A DNA stretch of 29,759 nt from Gemmatales bacterium. GTDB taxonomy: Bacteria; Planctomycetota; Planctomycetia; Gemmatales; Gemmataceae. The position numbers and the translations under genes were made by a program. The stretch lies in assembly GCA_038331535.1 (NCBI GenBank), contig JBBQPD010000001.1, positions 1-29,759 of the forward strand, written 5' to 3'. Positions within the stretch are counted from its first letter, which is position 1, and every line of letters starts with the position of its first letter. This document shows positions 26,495 through 29,759 of the stretch, piece after piece. Under the pieces are notes generated by a model. It was not told the origin of the DNA and searched no databases. It worked only from the letters and a program-made list of their open reading frames with translations.

Positions 26495-27478
26495 CTACTT
26501 GTTTTTCTTCACCAACAACCTCCCGCACCCCGCCGCGCCGATGAACCCCGCGTCGCTGCCGAGTTCGGCCCAGCGCACCACCGTCCGCTCCGCCGGTACC
26601 GGAAACGCCAGCTGCCGCACGTGATGGCGGATGCGCTCCATGAACGGTTCGCCCGCCGCCGTCATGCCGCCGCCGAAGACCACCACGTCCGGGTCGATGA
26701 TGTGCATCATGTTCGTCGCGCCGACGGCGAGGTAATACGCCGTGTCCTCGACGACGCGCGCCGCCAGCGCGTCACCCGCATCGGCGGCGAGGAACACGTC
26801 GCGGGCAGTCATCTCCTCTCTCGCCGCCACACCATGCAGCGTTGATCGTCCGCCATCTTCCGCGAGCGCCTCGCGCGTGCGCGTGACGACGGCGGTGGCG
26901 CTGGCGTAGGCCTCCAGGCAGCCCATGCGGCCGCAACCGCACGCGCGCGGATTCGTTATCTCAATCTTGATGTGGCCCAGCTCGGCGCCGTGACTGTGTT
27001 CGCCTTCGAGTACGCGGTCGCCAATCACGATGCCGCCGCCGACGCCGGTGCCGAGAGTGAACAGTACCATGCTGCGCGCGCCGCGACCGGCCCCGCCCCA
27101 CAGCTCGCCGTAGGCGGCCGCGTTGGCGTCGTTCTGAAACGCCGTCGGCACCTTCAATTGGTCCTGCACGTACTGCCGCACCGGCACGTTCTTCCAGGGC
27201 CGCAGGTTCGGCGGATCGAGGATCATCCCGGCAGGAATATCCATCAGCCCCGGCGTGGCGACGCCAATGGCTGCGACGCGCTCCCAGCCGACGCCAACGG
27301 CTGCGACGGCCTGGCGCAGCGTCTCGCACATGCGCTCCAGGCCGAACTCCTGGCCGCGGTGCGCCTCGGTCGTCAGGCTGATGGGCGGTCCGAGCGGCCG
27401 ACCGTCGTCGTCCACGACTCCGGCTTTCATTGTGGTGCCGCCGACGTCGAGACCGGCGTAGTAGGGTGTGTGGCTCAT
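26495..27478 (-). CDS. ROK family sugar kinase (glucokinase-like)
   Basis: GLDVGGT, NDANAAAYGE, TLGTGVGGG, GAELGH, CGCGRMGCLEAYAS zinc motif. Confidence 0.95.
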   Translation of the reverse strand: MSHTPYYAGLDVGGTTMKAGVVDDDGRPLGPPISLTTEAHRGQEFGLERMCETLRQAVAAVGVGWERVAAIGVATPGLMDIPAGMILDPPNLRPWKNVPVRQYVQDQLKVPTAFQNDANAAAYGELWGGAGRGARSMVLFTLGTGVGGGIVIGDRVLEGEHSHGAELGHIKIEITNPRACGCGRMGCLEAYASATAVVTRTREALAEDGGRSTLHGVAAREEMTARDVFLAADAGDALAARVVEDTAYYLAVGATNMMHIIDPDVVVFGGGMTAAGEPFMERIRHHVRQLAFPVPAERTVVRWAELGSDAGFIGAAGCGRLLVKKNK

Positions 27479-27589
27479 GGATACGATTGGACACGACGGC
27501 GGCGCGAAAGGCCAGTGAAAAGCACGGGACGACACTTGAGGTGCCGATGGTAAAAGGGAGCGAGACGCGATTGCAAAGCAGAGCCGGCG

Positions 27590-27994
27590 TTAGACGAGCC
27601 AGTTTTCAGTCCGGATGTCAGGAAGCGCCTCGAAGTCTCTGTCCGTGGTCAAGACGATAACTCCCAGCTGTCGCGCCAGACTCGCCAGGACTCGATCTGC
27701 GTGTGAGAGAACCCGCCCTCCACGTTTCAACTCGACATGAAGCTTTCCGAATTCTTCGGCAACGTGCTGGTCGATCGGCCAAATTCGGACGCGGCGAAGC
27801 ACCCGGTGCAAAGTCGTCCGGTACTCTTCCGGGCAGGCGGTTTGCTCAATTCCGGCTTCGATTTCGCACAAGACGGGCCAGCAAGTGCCGAGGCGAAACC
27901 CGTTGCGCCGTGCCTCCGCGAGGCGATCGCGAATCGGCGCCACGGGCCGCAGCGCCGCGCTGAGATGGTTGGTGTCGAGCAGATACCCTCTCAT
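27590..27994 (-). CDS. PIN-domain toxin (VapC-like), intact
   Basis: YLLDTNHL, LCEIEAG, HADRVLA, LTTDRDF acidic motif set; ATG overlaps the antitoxin stop (ATGA). Confidence 0.92.
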   Translation of the reverse strand: MRGYLLDTNHLSAALRPVAPIRDRLAEARRNGFRLGTCWPVLCEIEAGIEQTACPEEYRTTLHRVLRRVRIWPIDQHVAEEFGKLHVELKRGGRVLSHADRVLASLARQLGVIVLTTDRDFEALPDIRTENWLV

Positions 27995-28254
27995 TCCGCC
28001 ACTCCCACTTCGCGCCGCGCCTCCAGCTTGGCTTCCGCGCGGATGGCGCGGATGGCCTCCTGGAAAGTACGTTCCGATTCGGGAGGAATCGCCAACGCGG
28101 CCTCTTCCACACCCTGAAGCCATTCGGCCGTGTCGTCCCGTTCTGTTTCCGATTCCGGCCTGGCTTCGAGGTAGATTTCCGTCCCGTCTTTCCACTCGGG
28201 AGGAAGAGGCTCCAGGGGAATGATGCGGCCGTCCTTCAACACAGCTTTCGGCAT
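27991..28254 (-). CDS. Putative antitoxin (87 aa)
   Basis: MPKAVLKDGRIIPLEPLP beta-hairpin N-terminus and acidic body; directly upstream of and coupled to the PIN gene. Confidence 0.85.
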   Translation of the reverse strand: MPKAVLKDGRIIPLEPLPPEWKDGTEIYLEARPESETERDDTAEWLQGVEEAALAIPPESERTFQEAIRAIRAEAKLEARREVGVAE

Positions 28255-28289
28255 GGATGACCTTCTTTCCTCGACGGGGCAACACCATC

Positions 28290-28298
28290 AGTGTACCA
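28290..28298 (-). promoter_or_regulatory. Extended -10 promoter TGGTACACT for the antitoxin-PIN operon
   Basis: TGnTACACT on the minus strand, 35 nt upstream of ATG 28254. Confidence 0.45.
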
Positions 28299-28379
28299 CG
28301 CTGGCAACACGGAGACCCTGAAACCCGGGCCCGAACTCCAGCAAGCTAACAGGACCGGTTGGCCGAATCGGTGCCTCGT

Positions 28380-29072
28380 TCACGTCAAATACGTATCGGC
28401 AGCAGCTTGTTTGTACGTCTGCTCCAGATCGATTGTCAGGGCGGAGTGGACCGAGAGCGGCAGCGGTATTGCGGGCAGTGGCTCGCCAATCGCGAACGGG
28501 CGGCGCCATGTCCCCAGCAAGCGACCGCCCTCCGGGGAGGGCTCGCCGACGCGGTAACTGACGGCCAGGGGCGTCGGGCACACGACAGGGGGCAATTGCA
28601 ACTCCTGCACGATCCGCTCCGCGAAAGAGAACCGCAGCGGAAGTCGATGCACGTCCACCAGCAGCAGATGAACCCCCTCATGTAAATAGCCCAGGTAGCG
28701 GGCCAGGTAAATATCACGCGAGGCGGGGCGGTCTTTGTTGCGAGGGGAAACCAGTTCGACCGCCGCGATCAGGTGCCCCGCGCTCGCCACATAGAGAGCA
28801 GGTTCCGCGGTCAGAACGGAAACGGCAACCTCCTCATCCGGCGCCACGGCTCCACCCGTCGTAGCGCCTCCCGTTGGCTGTTCCGGCAGCCATTGAGGAA
28901 CCTGGACGTCGGCATGGGCCGGCGGCGCGCCGATCGTCAACGTCGGCGTCGAACCGACATAAGCCCGGTAACCTTCGGGCAAACGCGGCTTGATCCAGCG
29001 CAGCAGTTCGCTGATCCACAACGTGTGGACGCCGTCCCAACCGGAGTGCATCGACCAGTCATGCAACGGCAT
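28380..29072 (-). CDS. DUF4058 family protein
   Basis: MPLHDWS...WDGVHTLWISEL, AAVELVSPRNKDRP, GVHLLLVDV, EPLPAIPLPL, IDLEQTY. Confidence 0.9.
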   Translation of the reverse strand: MPLHDWSMHSGWDGVHTLWISELLRWIKPRLPEGYRAYVGSTPTLTIGAPPAHADVQVPQWLPEQPTGGATTGGAVAPDEEVAVSVLTAEPALYVASAGHLIAAVELVSPRNKDRPASRDIYLARYLGYLHEGVHLLLVDVHRLPLRFSFAERIVQELQLPPVVCPTPLAVSYRVGEPSPEGGRLLGTWRRPFAIGEPLPAIPLPLSVHSALTIDLEQTYKQAAADTYLT

Positions 29073-29124
29073 AAAATCATCTCCCGTCAGGGAGCCAACG
29101 CGAATCGAGGAGTTACACGTGCTC

Positions 29125-29188
29125 ATTCTATCACGCCGCGAAGCCTCGTCCGCGTCGCCTCAGCGCCGGCTGTTTCGTATGCTATCTT
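29125..29188. promoter_or_regulatory. Divergent extended -10 promoters
   Basis: Minus-strand TGATAGAAT (29125-29133) toward DUF4058 and plus-strand TGCTATCTT (29180-29188) toward the isomerase. Confidence 0.4.
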
Positions 29189-29217
29189 CCGACTCGCTTT
29201 ATTGATGAGGCACCGCC

Positions 29218-29759
29218 GTGAAACTCGCGTTCTCTTCCAACGCCTACCTCAATTTCTCCTTCGCCGAGGCGGTGCGCCGCATCGCCGCCCTCGGCTATCA
29301 GGGCGTCGAGATCATGGCCGACGTGCCGCATGCCTGGCCGGCCTGGATGCTCGACGAGCAGAAACAGGCCATCCGCGATACGCTGGCGAAGCACAACCTC
29401 GCCATCTCGAATATCAACGCCTTCATGATGCACGCGGTCAACGATCCGCGCCAGCGTTACTGGTATCCGTCCTGGATCGAACCCGACCCGCACTACCGCC
29501 AGATACGCATCGACCACACCACGCGTGCCCTCACCCTGGCACGCGAGCTGGGCGCGCGCTGCATCACGACCGAGCCGGGCGGCCCCGTCGAGAAGGGCGC
29601 GTCGTGGAGCGCCGCCCTGAAGCTGTTCGTCGAGATGCTCAAGCCCGTCATCGCCCACGCGGAGAAAGAGGGCGTCCTGCTGCTGATCGAGCCGGAGCCG
29701 GGGCTGCTCGTCGAGACGGCCGACCAGTTCCTCGAACTGATGAAGCACCTCGATTCGCC
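29218..29759 (+). CDS. Sugar phosphate isomerase/epimerase (xylose-isomerase-like TIM barrel), 3'-partial
   Basis: GTG start after gagg; MKLAFSSNAY, LGYQGVEI, LARELGARCITT, LLIEPEPG; runs off the window and is absent from the ORF track. Confidence 0.9.
   Translation, partial: MKLAFSSNAYLNFSFAEAVRRIAALGYQGVEIMADVPHAWPAWMLDEQKQAIRDTLAKHNLAISNINAFMMHAVNDPRQRYWYPSWIEPDPHYRQIRIDHTTRALTLARELGARCITTEPGGPVEKGASWSAALKLFVEMLKPVIAHAEKEGVLLLIEPEPGLLVETADQFLELMKHLDS

Overview
High-GC chromosomal segment. The DUF1559, DUF1501, DUF4058 and Uma2 genes and the intergenic palindromes suggest a Planctomycetota, probably Gemmataceae-like, origin (inference). Housekeeping genes (uxaC, ppdK, hemL, a TMEM175 K+ channel, YqgE/AlgH, an RRM RNA-binding protein, a ROK kinase, hydrolases and a partial sugar-phosphate isomerase) alternate with short accessory patches. 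These patches hold toxin-antitoxin (TA)-like two-gene modules, PD-(D/E)XK nuclease-like genes, gene fragments and several families of REP-like palindromes. Several accessory genes are visibly broken: two nonsense codons in one gene, a +1 frameshift in another, and 5' or 3' truncations. One apparent deletion fuses two converging TA-like operons and leaves both antitoxin-like genes intact. The strongest candidate for new biology is a stand-alone APE2256-family CARF gene (16606-17679). It keeps the ring-nuclease-type motifs, carries a ~100-aa C-terminal domain I cannot assign, and lies next to a HEPN fragment. I found no cas gene, CRISPR array, tRNA, rRNA, transposase or integrase in the window. 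Family calls come from motif recognition and recall; no database search was run.
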